From positions 111,786,001 through 111,850,000 of the forward strand of contig OX597821.1 in the NCBI GenBank assembly GCA_951406725.2: a stretch of 64,000 bases of DNA. Reading direction: 5' to 3'. A program made the position numbers and the translations under genes. Shown piece after piece: positions 1 through 14,664 of the stretch (positions are counted from its first letter, which is position 1; the number at the start of each line of letters is the position of its first letter). Below the pieces are notes generated by a model, which worked only from the letters and a program-made list of their open reading frames with translations, did no database searches and was not told where the DNA came from. This stretch comes from Octopus vulgaris (Eukaryota).

Positions 1-87
1 AATGACTAATTCCTTTGCATAGCAGGCATTTTTGTTTGCCATATTATATTCTATTTTCATAGATCACTGTAGACGTGTGTGTGTGTT

Positions 88-145
<58 letters not shown>

Positions 146-275
146 TTTGTATATATATACATATTGTTGTTGTAGTGGTTGTCCATGCTTCATGACCAGG
201 ATTTTTCAGCTATGTATCCAGTTTCTCTGACATGTTTTTTCATGTTTTTTTAAAAATTTTGCTTGATTTGTTCAA

Positions 276-353
<78 letters not shown>

Positions 354-358
354 GTCAC

Positions 359-403
<45 letters not shown>

Positions 404-404
404 T

Positions 405-585
405 TGCATGTGTGATAAGGAGCTTGCTTCTCAACCACATAGTTACGTGTTCAGTCCCACTGCACTGCATGGCACCTTGGGCAAATATCTTCTATTATAG
501 ACTCGGGCTGAACGAAACTTCGTGAGAGTATTCGGTAGTTGGAAATTGAAGGAAGCCCGTCGTATAAGTGTGTGGTTGTGTGTGT

Positions 586-658
<73 letters not shown>

Positions 659-858
659 TATACTTTTGTCTACATATGTCCCCTCCACATGGAAACCGGT
701 GTTGGCTGTTTACGCCTCTGTAATTTAGCGGTTGCGCAAAGAGACAGCATAAGTACCAGGTTTAAAAAAATTAAATACCGCGATCGATTCATTCGACTAA
801 AGCTTCCTTAGGGCGGTGCCCTGAACGGCTGCAGTCTAATGACTGAAACCAATAGAAG

Positions 859-860
<2 letters not shown>
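405..860 (+). mobile_element. tRNA-derived SINE family A (CORE-like), diverged copy with internal (TG)n
   Basis: Shares GTTCAGTCCCACTGC, ACCTTGGGCAA, GAAGCCCGTCG and the 3' end GCAGTCTAATGACTGAAAC with many other copies in the window. Confidence 0.85.
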
Positions 861-925
<65 letters not shown>

Positions 926-926
<1 letters not shown>

Positions 927-1349
927 GCGCAGGAGTGGCTGTGTGATAAGTAGCTTGTTTCCCAACCACATGGTTCCGGGTTCATTCCCACTGCGTGACA
1001 CCTTGGGCAAGTGTCTTCTACTATAGCCTCGCGCCGACCAAAGCCTTGTGAGTGGATTTGGTAGACGGAAACTGAAAGAAGCCCGTCGTATATATGTATA
1101 TATACATATATATATGTGTGTGTTTTGTGTGTATGTATGTGTATATGTTTGTGTGTCTGTATTTGTCCCCCAACATCGCTTGACAACCGATGCCGGTGTG
1201 TTTACGTCCACGTAACTTAGCGGTTCGGCAATAGAGACCGATAGAATAAGTACTAGGCTTACAAAGAATAAGTCCTAGGGTCGATTTGCTCGACTAAAGC
1301 CGGTGCTCTAGCATGGCCACAGTCAAATGACTGAAACAAGTAAAAGAGA
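926..1349 (+). mobile_element. SINE family A, full-length reference copy
   Basis: Head GGCGCAGGAGTGGCTGTGTG with B-box-like GGTTCATTCC, then CORE-like GACACCTTGGGCAAGT, an internal microsatellite and the tail AGCATGGCCACAGTCAAATGACTGAAACAAGTAAAAGAG. Resembles described octopus tRNA-derived CORE-SINEs (family name not verified). Confidence 0.9.
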
Positions 1350-1366
1350 GGAAGATATATATACAT

Positions 1367-1716
1367 ATTTAATGATATCAGGGTAATAGAGATTTTAGAA
1401 ATCTTTACTACCAGTGGCCTGGCATATAGAAAAATTAGTCATATAGAATACAGTGTTCATTGAAACACATTACGAAGTATCCATCATAGAACTCCGTTAC
1501 ACTAGAAGGAACAGCTAAAGTCCAAACCACTAATTAGGGATAAAATCTCGAAGGGAATGAAAAATAATGAAAATATATGGTAAATGTTTTTATTTTTCAT
1601 TCCCTTCGAGATTTTATCCCTAATTGGAGGTTTTGACTTTAGCTGTTCCTTCTAGCGTAAGGGATTCCTATGACGGATACCTCTTAATGTGTTTAAATGT
1701 ACACTATATTTCATGT
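1367..1716. repeat. TA-embedded fold-back element with ~120-bp inverted arms
   Basis: 1447-1567 is the imperfect reverse complement of 1590-1710 (e.g. GGGATAAAATCTCGAAGGGAATGAAAAATAA / TTATTTTTCATTCCCTTCGAGATTTTATCCC). Confidence 0.85.
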
Positions 1717-2049
1717 TATATATATATATATAACCTTAGAAAATAATGAGTATTCCACGTCATCAGGACCATTACTATTTTACACTTTACTAATGCAATG
1801 TCAATAGTATTATTTATAATATTATTACAAATTTAGGAGTTTACCAATAACCGCAACTCCTATTTCAGAATAACCTTATTGTCTGGAATACACATAGAAA
1901 GTTATATCCAATAAAATAATATAAGCTGTTTAAAAAAACCTACTATAACATACAATAAAATTAGTTGAAAAGATATATATATAACTTACCTGTTATTAGT
2001 CTGTGGAGAAAGAAGGTATTTGTCATGAAAGCTACACGTGTTTCTGGTG

Positions 2050-2470
2050 TACCTGTGATGTAAGAAGCTTGGTTCCCTACCACATGGTTCCGGGTTCAGT
2101 CCCACTGCATGGTACCTTAGGCAAGTGTCTTCCACTATATCCCCATGCCAATCAAAGCCTTATGAATGGATTTGGTAGACGGAAACTGAAAGAAGCCCAT
2201 CGTATACATATATGTGTGTGTGTGTTTGTATTTATATGTATGTGTTTGTGTTTGTGTTTGACTCACCTACACCGGTTCACAACCGATGTTGGTGTGTTTA
2301 TGTCCCAGTAACTTAGATGTTCGGCAAAAGACACCGATAGAATAAGTACTAGGCTTACAAAGAATAGAAACCTGGGGTCGATTCCTTTCACTAAAACCTT
2401 TTAAGGTGGTGCTCCAGCATGGCCGAAATCAAATGATTAAAACAAGTAAACGGGTAGAGGAATAAAAGAA
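2050..2470 (+). mobile_element. SINE family A
   Basis: Same head, body and tail blocks as 926-1349. Confidence 0.85.
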
Positions 2471-2564
2471 TATGTATGTGTGTATGCATGTGTGTTTGTG
2501 TGTGTCTGTGTGTGTCTGTGTGTTTCTATATATGCGTTCTTGTTTTTGGTTCTCCGTTTTTTAC

Positions 2565-2678
<114 letters not shown>

Positions 2679-2815
2679 AATATATATATATATATATATA
2701 TACAATGTATATATATATGGAGGATTGGACATAAATGTAACGGTATATAAATACGTTGCAGCTATATGCTTTAGAGTGTTCTTCATTCTCGGTTATATGA
2801 TGCTTTGACGATACA

Positions 2816-2858
<43 letters not shown>

Positions 2859-2859
2859 G

Positions 2860-3103
2860 GATATATGAAAATAGAAAATAATATGGCAAAAAGATGCTTG
2901 CGATGCAAAGGAATTAATTAATTATTAATCCATTATGTTTCGAGTGACTCACCCATATTCAGAGGAGAATAGAAGAACAAATATTGAATGCCGTAAACTG
3001 TTTTTATTCTGTAAATAGGTGAAGCACTGGAAATATAAGGATTAATAAATCATTAATTCTTAGTTTCGCATTCTAAGAAGGTCTCTGTTCTACTTTATTT
3101 TAC

Positions 3104-3112
<9 letters not shown>
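2860..3112. repeat. TA-embedded diverged fold-back element with degenerate hammerhead-like motif in the arms
   Basis: Left arm GGAATTAATTAATTATTAATCC..TTTCGAGTG..TCACC..CAGA pairs with right arm TCTG..GGTGA..CACTGGAAA..GGATTAATAAATCATTAATTC. Confidence 0.6.
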
Positions 3113-3139
<27 letters not shown>

Positions 3140-3350
3140 AGGCATGTATTATAGCCATCTGTGTACAATATTTAACGACTGTAAACAACTGAAAGGCATG
3201 ATGCCGAGGTTTTTTTTTTTCATCTGTTTGAAAATCACTTCAGAGATATTTATTAAATATGCCGATCCAGCTCAAGGCGGGGCTTCAGCATGGCTGCAGT
3301 CAAATGACTGAAACAAGTAAAAGAATATAAAGATATATATATATATACAT

Positions 3351-3456
<106 letters not shown>

Positions 3457-3534
3457 GTGATGCGAAAATTGTCTCAGCAGTGAGTCGCGAGAGTACCGGA
3501 GTAATTTCAACCTTAATGCGCATTTTCAATATAC

Positions 3535-4123
<589 letters not shown>

Positions 4124-4138
4124 TGTGTATATACATAG

Positions 4139-4169
<31 letters not shown>

Positions 4170-4172
4170 CAT

Positions 4173-4240
<68 letters not shown>

Positions 4241-4258
4241 AGATTGATAGACAGATTT

Positions 4259-4373
<115 letters not shown>

Positions 4374-4375
4374 TG

Positions 4376-4935
4376 TTAGGTTGTTTCACACGAAATGTCA
4401 CATTTTTAATTACTTGTTATTTTAGTCATTTAAAAACTCAATTATGTATTCCTTGCATGTAATCTTGACTCTTTTGTTTTCCCAACAATATTGGTACACA
4501 AAATTCGTACCCACGGACCTTATGAAAATGATAACAACCGAACTATGTTGAGTGATTATCTCGTATTAGTACAAACTGTGTCATTCTGCTGCAGAAGCTC
4601 TACGGAATATCAAGCAGGCCTTTGGTAATGGTTTTGTTGACTTCAAGACTGTTCAGAAATGGTTCAAAGCTCTCCTACTGATCATCACTTATTTAATCAT
4701 TTTGAGCTTTTCATTAGCAACAAAACATTCTTAAATAGAGAAGAGGCAATTGAAGCATTCGGACAGTTTATCGCAACAAAAGATGAATTTTTTTTAAAGA
4801 TGGAATATATGACGTTGGGTAATCGTCGTAAATGAACATGGATCGTACTTTGATAAAATAAATCAGTTCTCTAACACTTATGAAACATTTAATCGTTGCC
4901 TTTCAAATACGACATTTCATGTGAAACAACGTATT
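4376..4935 (+). mobile_element. Internally deleted mariner element (MITE-like, ~560 bp)
   Basis: TIRs GTTGTTTCACACGAAATGTC / GACATTTCATGTGAAACAAC. The interior translates to mariner HTH (HSAAEALRNIKQAFG..KTVQKWFK) joined to the C-terminus (LSPTDHHLF..GSYFD). Confidence 0.85.
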
Positions 4936-4992
4936 ATATATTATATATTATATTATATTATATTATATTATATTATATTATATTTTATTATG

Positions 4993-5092
<100 letters not shown>

Positions 5093-5147
5093 GTATATAT
5101 GTATATATATATATATGTATATATATGTATATATATATATATGTATA

Positions 5148-5218
<71 letters not shown>

Positions 5219-5323
5219 TATACTGCACCGTAAAGCGTGACAAATAACCCAAGATCGGTCTCAGACGTAGTTCCCACTCCAATATTTAGCGTAGTACGAT
5301 GCAGGAAATCAACCACGCAGGAC

Positions 5324-5418
5324 ACTAATACTAATGAGGTGAAGTGCAAAATAGCATAATAATTCTGTAACTGTAATGTAACTATCACAACAATTTAAGG
5401 AAACACGTGTATGTTAGT
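5324..5418 (+). ncRNA. Degenerate type I hammerhead-like motif
   Basis: Stem I ACTAATA/TGTTAGT; core CTAATGA (G5A); GAAA-CACGTG-TA with palindromic stem III; stem II is poor. Confidence 0.45.
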
Positions 5419-5659
5419 ATAAAGATTTGAAAACCATACCTGTTTTCTGCATAATAAATATATACATACATAAATATACACACACACACACACACATATA
5501 TATACGTGCAGACATACATACATACATACATACACGTACGACATCAGCCAAGTTTTCGCAACGGGACTGAACACAAATACACCTGGTTGCATGGCGAACT
5601 GCTTAGCCACTCAGCCATACTTGCGTATCAAGCCCCATCATGTATCTACATGTGTGTGC

Positions 5660-6175
<516 letters not shown>

Positions 6176-6550
6176 TGTATTAATTGACTTATCTGTGGAG
6201 GCAAATGTAGTGAAAGAATAAAAGCGAAATATAAAACGAGAAAGATTGAAACCAAATTAACACTTCTGTACTTTTTTTCTGTCCCTCCGTCCTTTCATAG
6301 TCTTTTTTTCTTTTTTTTTTTTTTACTCTGCCTTAAAAGTAAAAGATAGAAAAAATATATAAAAAGTCTTTTTAAGATAAATAATTATTTTAAAAATACA
6401 ACAATAAAACGTGACGCGCATTCAAAATAGACTCAAAGTAAATATATATATATTCCCGGATTTACCCATTTTTTTCTCTCTCCCTTACTTTACATTCATT
6501 GGTTAATAGATATTTATATATTTATATGTATACATAGATATGTATGTATG

Positions 6551-6608
<58 letters not shown>

Positions 6609-6640
6609 TGTATATATGTATATATATGTATATATGTATG

Positions 6641-6671
<31 letters not shown>

Positions 6672-6916
6672 GTATGTACGTATGTATGTGTATATATATA
6701 TATATATGCATGTGTGTATAGATACACACACAAGCACACACGTGTGCGTATGTATGTATTAACGTGTTAGAAAAAGGCGAATCAAAGAGAAATGGCTGGT
6801 GTAGGGAATTAAATTTATTTTGACAGATGTAAACCGGCGTAAGATTCAGCTAGTCGTGCAAATGTATGTAGTTAGTTATTCGCCATTTTCATTCGTTCAT
6901 TCCTTCTCTTCCGTTT

Positions 6917-6917
6917 C

Positions 6918-6952
<35 letters not shown>

Positions 6953-6970
6953 CCTTTTCTTCTTCTTCTT

Positions 6971-7056
<86 letters not shown>

Positions 7057-7073
7057 CATAATCATCATCATCA

Positions 7074-7128
<55 letters not shown>

Positions 7129-7163
7129 CATCATCATCATCATCATCATTATTATTATTATTA

Positions 7164-7197
<34 letters not shown>

Positions 7198-7242
7198 CAT
7201 TATTATTATTATTATTATTATTATCATTATTATTATTATTAT
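6917..7242. repeat. Compound trinucleotide microsatellite (TTG)n(TTC)n(TAT/CAT)n
   Basis: Directly visible. Confidence 0.95.
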
Positions 7243-7547
7243 CGTGGTCCCTCAGAACGACCAAAAAGAGTAGAACTTTACTAGTGTGTACATACATACA
7301 TACATACATACATACACTCACGCACAAAATGTATAATGTATATATATATATGTTGTTTGGTGTATGGAAGGCTGTATTGGGTAGGCGTTGAGATATCTGT
7401 AATCATGTTGCCGTCGGGATGTATAAAGAGAGTTGATTGCATGAAAAGGCATTAAAAAAGGAATGGAAAAAAAGCAGCAGAGGTGTTATTGGTTGTGAGA
7501 CACATCAACAAAAGGGTTCTTACACACACCCACACACTCTATATATA

Positions 7548-7964
7548 TACTCTTTACTCTTTACTCTTTTACTTGTTTCAGTCATTTGACTGCGGCCATG
7601 CTGGAGCACCGCCTTTAGTCGAGCAAATCGACCCCGGCACTTATTCTTTGTAAGCCCAGTACTTATTCTATCGGTCTCTTTTGCCGAACCGCTAAGTGAC
7701 GGGGACGTAAACACACCAGCATCGGTTGTCAAGCAATGCTAGGGGGACAAACACAGACACACAAACACACACACAAACATATATATATATATACATATAT
7801 ATACGACAGGGTTCTTTCAGTTTCCGTCTACCAAATCCACTTACAAAGCATTGGTCGGCCCGAGGCTATAGCAGAAGACACTTGCCCAAGATGCCACGCA
7901 GTGGGACTGAACCCGGAACCATGTGGTTGGTAAGCGAGCTGCTTACCACACAGCCACTCCTGCG

Positions 7965-7966
<2 letters not shown>
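7548..7966 (-). mobile_element. SINE family A, full-length
   Basis: Reverse complement of the consensus, ending in CAGCCACTCCTGCGCC. Confidence 0.9.
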
Positions 7967-8063
<97 letters not shown>

Positions 8064-8959
8064 TGGTTTGAGAGCAAGGGTATTGTGAATGAGGTGACAT
8101 AGGGTGTCCGTTTGGTTTATTATCTACCTCATAACATTGGAATTAGTAAAATAAACCCCCGAAATAAAACGCTGTGTCGTTTTTAAAGGGCTGTTGGTGT
8201 TGTTGTTGTTGTTGTTGCTGTTGTTTGTGGTGGTGATGATAGGTCAACCAAAAAAAAGTGCCAAGTTTATTTTTAAAATGTTATTTTTGATACGACGGCT
8301 ATGATCGCGATGGACGAAAAAAAAACCCCGCAAAAAACACATGCCGTTAAACGATGAAAAATTCCAGCTCTGGAAAAGAGAATTTATTCGTATATTTTAA
8401 AAATTTCTTCCAAATTTTCACCAGATTATTTTTCTTCAAAATGCAGTTTTGATGTGTTTTGCAGTTGATGATGAAAATCGCATTCATTCTTCATCTGGAA
8501 ATTACAAATAAACAAGTTAGAAAATTTAAGGTTTTGTAATTTTAGCAGATCCAAAGAAAAACAAATGGTTACTAAGGTTATGCTATTTGTGAGTGGATTT
8601 GGTAGACGGAAACCGAAAGAAGCCCGTCGTATATATATATAATTCATACATAATTTGGAGTGGCTGTGTGGTAAGAAGCTCGCTTCCCAACGACATGGTT
8701 CTGAGTTCAGTCCCACTGCGTCGCATCTGGGGCAAGTGTCTTTAGCAGATCCAAACAAAAACAAATGGTTACTAACATTGGAATTAGTAAAAGGCGTCGC
8801 TAGCCAACATATCGTGGGTCGGATCTCTATGCGGTCGTGGATGTCAGCAAAGACAACGAAGACGCAATCGTCATATTTCTTTTTTTTGTTCTGGAGAGCT
8901 TCTCGCAGCCCCGGATAATATCTGAGACAGGATGTAACTTCCATTTATTTATTCCTTTA

Positions 8960-9340
8960 TTCTTTTATTCGTTTCAGTCATTTGACTGCGGCCATGCTGG
9001 AGCATCACCTTTAGTCGAACAAATCGAACCCCGGGACTTATTCTTTGTAAGTCTAGCACTTATTCCATTGGTCTCTTCTGTTTACGGGGACGTAAAAACA
9101 CCAGCATCGGTTGTCAAGCGATGGTGGCGAGGGAGAAACACACACACACACATGCACACACACACATATATATATACGACGGGCTTCTTTCAGTTTCCGT
9201 CTACCAAATCCACTCACAAGGCTTTGATCAGCCCATGGCTATAGTAGAAGACATTTGCCCAAAGTGCCACGCAATGGGACTGAACTCGGAGCCATATGGT
9301 TGGTAAGCAAGCTACTTACCACACAGCCACACCTGTGCCT
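8960..9340 (-). mobile_element. SINE family A
   Basis: Family A blocks on the minus strand. Confidence 0.85.
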
Positions 9341-9749
9341 ATAACTGTGGACAACAGCCTAAGGTGGGACACATACATCGGCAATGAAGTCGATATAGGT
9401 GGTGGTTCCTTAGAAGTTTTGCAGTTCAGAGACTTTAATATCATCATTCTTCTCTTCTATGCATTGGACCAGGTCTCACTTCGAATACTGCTGCCCTCTA
9501 TGGTCTTCGTACACGAAACATTATAGAATTTAATATCATTACCTTATCGAAAGAAAAAGAAGGCCAAGTCAACCTCGGCAGGATTTGTTCTTAGAATGTA
9601 GACCAGTATTTCCCAACCATATTCTTTCGGGGTCGATAAAATAAGAACCAGTGACACCCTGGGGTCAACGTAATTGACTTACATCGACCCCCGAAATTGC
9701 TGGCCTTGTGTCAAAATTTGAAACCTGGCTTTAAGATGAAAGTACTACT

Positions 9750-10249
<500 letters not shown>

Positions 10250-10319
10250 AAATTATGTATGAATTATATATATACGACGGGCTTCTTTCGGTTTCCGTCT
10301 ACCAAATCCACTCACAAAT

Positions 10320-11470
10320 AGCATAACCCTAGTAACCATTTGTTTTTCTTTGGATCTGTTTGGCTGCATCCGTGGAAATTTTAAAGTTCAGTGAAAATGT
10401 TAAAAGTTGGTGCATTGATGTTATTTTCCACGCTGAATCTCAGAAGATAATTCACCTTACCCAGAAGAATTATTTAAAAATGTTACAGAGGTTTAAAATT
10501 TGATCATTTTTACCCAGTCAGAAAACAGGATTTGGAAACTGTCATTTTGTTGCTGACTGTAAACAAATGAAATATTGGCGTAATTGTAAACTTTGTAAAA
10601 TTGTAAATTTGTAAACTATGAAGGCTTTTAACTATTTATGTATTGATTTACGACGAAAATGAACTTCATGTCAATGATTACCATACAAAACTTCATGAAC
10701 ACATCAAATATGAAATCAGTCGGAACAAAAGTTGAAGATATTGGAAGTGGAACAAAAATCGAGGTCGTTGGAAAGCCATTGGTAATTGGAGATAACTGGA
10801 AATTGAAGGCACTGGAAAATTGAAGACATTGGAAAGAGAAAATATCCTTTTCCCTTAATAGTATGGCCTACAACTTTGACAACTAGCTAATTCTTTAAAA
10901 ACATAGCTTGACCGAGTAAAGTTAATTAAGCGCTTTATTTAACCTTAGTAATAGGTTTTTCTATAAATGGCACGGCCTAGTTACACCTTGGTAACCATTT
11001 AATTCTTCTAAAAACAGCTAGGTCTAGTTACCATGGCAACCATTGAGTTTTTCTAAAAAATAGCTATGACCTAGTAACCCTGCTGACCAGTTCGTTTTTC
11101 CATTGATTTCTCAAATAAATTCGTTCTCAATTTTTCTTAAAATCAATTTTAATCCTTATTTTTCATCGACAATTTTAGAATTTATTCAAATTTCAAAAAA
11201 AAAAAAAAAAAAAGATGAACAACGGTGGGAGAGGAAGTGCAGAACTAAAGAAAAGCGAAGCCTTAAAATGCTACGATAAGGAATATATTTCGTGTTGATT
11301 CTAATGAGAAGGGAAAGGATTAAAATAAATGGGAATAAAGAATGAATTTATCTGGCAACCTTATTAATAGCACGACCCAGTAACATTAGATACCAATCAC
11401 TCCTTCTAAATATAGAATGACCAAGTAACCGTGGTAACTAGTTAAGTTTTTCTAAAAATAGAATGACCTG
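10320..11470. repeat. Unclassified repeat with internal short tandem units (possible non-autonomous DNA transposon)
   Basis: Repeated GAAAATTGAAGACATTG-like units (10720-10835) and TTTCTAAAAATAG..CCTAGTAACC..GGTAACC units (10890-11100, 11400-11470). Its left end has an inverted counterpart at 8546-8586. Confidence 0.4.
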
Positions 11471-11877
11471 TTCGTGTTTGTGATAATTTTCTTTTTCTTT
11501 ATTTTTTTTTTTGAATCAATATTTATTAATTTTATTTAATGTCGCTGTTACTGAAGACTAGCGCTTCTGATTATCGGTTTCCAAAGAACCAAATGATCGG
11601 TTCACCGCCTTCCTTTCGATGAGAGTGGCATGGGAGTGTCTGTATTTTGGTGCAGAAAAATAAAAATGTCATAAAAACTCCTTTGTTCTAAAAACACATT
11701 TTTTGGGGGGTTTTGTTGGTTTCCCGCTGATATTTGTATGCATCATCGACATACATCGATAGAAATGTACACATATTTACATGTGCAAACATACGCATGC
11801 GCGAATACTCACAGATCTCTTTCTTTCTCTCACCTCCTATCTATCTATCACTCTTTCTCCTCGTCTCTCCATATATA

Positions 11878-11976
<99 letters not shown>

Positions 11977-11999
11977 ATATATATATATGTGTATATATA

Positions 12000-12096
<97 letters not shown>

Positions 12097-12124
12097 GTAT
12101 ATATATATGTATATATATATATAC

Positions 12125-12167
<43 letters not shown>

Positions 12168-12335
12168 TTTGATTTTGATTTTTGATTTTTCCAGTTTTAG
12201 CTCATGAGCTGTGGCCATGCTGAAATATATAAAATTAATCCAAACATGAAAACACCAAGAGAAAACACAACAACGCGAGAACGTGGAACAAATATAGTAT
12301 TGTTGGACGCTCAGGAAGGAAGGGAAGAAGGAGGA

Positions 12336-12368
12336 TTCTACGTTTCGAGCGGAGCTCTTCGTCAGAAA
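12336..12368 (-). ncRNA. Minimal type I hammerhead ribozyme motif with intact core
   Basis: Minus strand reads TTT-CTGACGA-A-GAGC-TCC-GCTC-GAAA-C-GTA-GAA. All core nucleotides are present, with an extra A before stem II and a loopless palindromic stem III (ACGT). Confidence 0.7.
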
Positions 12369-12500
12369 CATTGGAAAAGGAAAAATCCAGAGAAGGGAAG
12401 ACGGAGGTACAAAAATCGCCAACGGTACACACGCGCTCACATTTTGAATGTATATATATATATATATATATATGAATATATATATATATATATATATATA

Positions 12501-12930
12501 TTGGGTTGTCGGGAAAGTTCGTGCCGATTTATAGTAGCATATCTTTCGACTTATTTTAGAACATGTTTGAGTTCATAAAATAGGATTTGACTACACTTCC
12601 ATTTAGAGCACAGTTTAAGCTATCTTTTCGTGGAAGAAGGTTTATGTTCCTATAACCTGTGTTAATTCTGTAACCCTTTAAAATGGAAGATAAGAAAGTT
12701 AATTTTCGGCCCTTGATGCTTTTCTTTTTTCCATAAAGGGAAAAATGCCTCACAAGCAACCAAGAAAAAGGTTCCGAGCTGGAGATTGTAGCCTTATTGA
12801 TAAAGAGCCATCAGGCAGACCATCCACCACAGATGATGACCAAATCAAGTCGTTAATTGAGAATAACCCACATTGCACAACTCGAGAATTAGCAGAAAGC
12901 CTCAACCTATCAAAATCCGTCGTTCATGAA
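12501..12930 (+). mobile_element. 5' part of a mariner element (left TIR-like end plus HTH-coding region)
   Basis: Starts TA|TTGGGTTGTCGGGAAAGTTCG. Codes MEDKKVNFRPLMLFFFHKGKNASQA (ATG 12683) and RFRAGDCSLIDKEPSGRPS..TTRELAESLNLS. Confidence 0.8.
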
Positions 12931-14026
12931 TTCAAATTCATTAAACTGACAGATCTATCGGACTTTCAAAGAGATCAAATTGTTGGTGCTCGTATGGCAG
13001 GCGCTAGCATAACAAAAACAGCCGAAATGTTTGGTGTATCAAGAAGTACTGTCTCGAAAGTATTGACAGCCTTTGAGAAAGAGGGAAAAACCTCATTGAA
13101 ACAAAACTCCAGAAGAAAACCAAAACTTTCAGATAGGGACCGTTGGATTCTTATGTGAATTGTTAGAAAGGATCACAAAAGTACAACTACCAAAATTACA
13201 GCAGAGCTTAATGACCACATTGAGAACTCATTTTACACAAAAGCTGTTCGCCGGGAGCTGTACAAAGCTGGATTTCACGGGAGCGCTGCAAGCAGAAAAC
13301 CACTACTTTCAAAAACAAACGTTGCAAAGCGTTTTGAGTGGAGTAAAAATCTACAGAATTGAACCCTAGAGCATTGGTAGAATGTTATTTTCTCGGATGA
13401 GTCATCCTTTATCTTATTTCCGACCAGCAGCCGAGTATACGTGTGGAGACAGCCAAAAGAAGCATTTGACCCAGACTGCCTTCTTCCAACTGTTAAACAA
13501 AGAGGAAGATCTGTGATGATCTGGGGGAGGGGGCTATATGTTGGAAATCCGCCGGCCTAATGGTTTCCCTTCGTGGTAGAATTACTAGTCAAGACTATTT
13601 AAGCACTTTATCTGCATCCTATGGTTGCGGAATTGTTTCCGGGGGGAAACGCAATCTTTCAGGATGATAATGCACCAATTCACACAGCTAAAGTTGTTAC
13701 TGAATGGCATGAGGAACATTCTAGTAAAGTTGAACATCTTATCTGTCCACCACAGTCCCTAGATCTCAATATTATTGAATATTTATGGTGCATTTTAGAA
13801 AAAAACAAGTAAGGAGTCAATATCCTCCACCATCATCACTACAAGAACTGGAGACTGTTTTAGCTGAAGACTGGGCAAATATTCCCTTGGAAACAATTCA
13901 AACTTTGTACGAGTCCATACCTCGTAGAATTCAAACTGTAATTATTGCCAAAGGAGGTCCAACCCCATATTAAAATAAATCTGATTGAAATTTTAAGGTG
14001 TTTCCATTATTTTGTCCAACCCCTGT
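12931..14026 (+). mobile_element. Decayed Tc1-family transposon with DD36E spacing; right TIR retained
   Basis: Translates to TDLSDFQRDQIVGARMAG, VIFSDES, FQDDNAPIH, PPQSLDLNIIE and KGGPTPY*, with frameshifts and stops. Ends TTTCCATTATTTTGTCCAACCCCTG|TA. Confidence 0.9.
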
Positions 14027-14028
14027 AC

Positions 14029-14072
<44 letters not shown>

Positions 14073-14075
<3 letters not shown>

Positions 14076-14380
14076 ATTTTTTACGTAATGAGATAAAAAA
14101 AAAACAAGGGTGTGTAGATATTAGGACATTTATAGAGCTGTACTTTTGTGATCCTTTCTAACAATTCGCTTAAGAGTCCGACGGTCCCTATCTATAATTG
14201 TTCTAATATCTACACAGCCTTGGGTTTTTTATCTCATTACGCAAAAAATTCTTATATACACACGCTGACATAGAACCAACGTTGAATGTATTCGCAAAAT
14301 TACCGAATCTGGAACTTTATTGTCTGTCTATAGCACTTATTCTGCATTATCTGACACTGTTATCTCTAATAACCTCAACT
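14073..14380. repeat. TA-embedded fold-back element with unique extension
   Basis: 14073-14135 (AGAATTTTTTACGTAATGAGATAAAAAA..GTGTAGATATTAG) is inverted at 14190-14252. Confidence 0.8.
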
Positions 14381-14417
<37 letters not shown>

Positions 14418-14418
<1 letters not shown>

Positions 14419-14603
14419 GGGTTGGCCAAAGTCACCTGACAGTAAATATGAAACCATTTAATTCCAAGATTTGTTTACGTTTAATAACTGAATGAATGAT
14501 GAAAATTGTTCAAACAGAAGTCCTTCCATTCGAGTCAATACAGAATTAGAGATAGTATTTATGGAATTTTGATTTACTATCGGGTGACTTCTAGCCAACC
14601 CTG
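14418..14603. mobile_element. Tc1/mariner-type MITE (~186 bp)
   Basis: Imperfect ~30-bp TIRs AGGGTTGGCCAAAGTCACCTGACAGTAAAT / ATTTACTATCGGGTGACTTCTAGCCAACCCT, flanked by TA. Confidence 0.8.

Positions 14604-14664
<61 letters not shown>

Noticed and set aside
1745-1780. Minus-strand CTGATGA in a TA-flanked island
   Set aside because: No downstream GAAA or stem III before the microsatellite; at best a truncated remnant.
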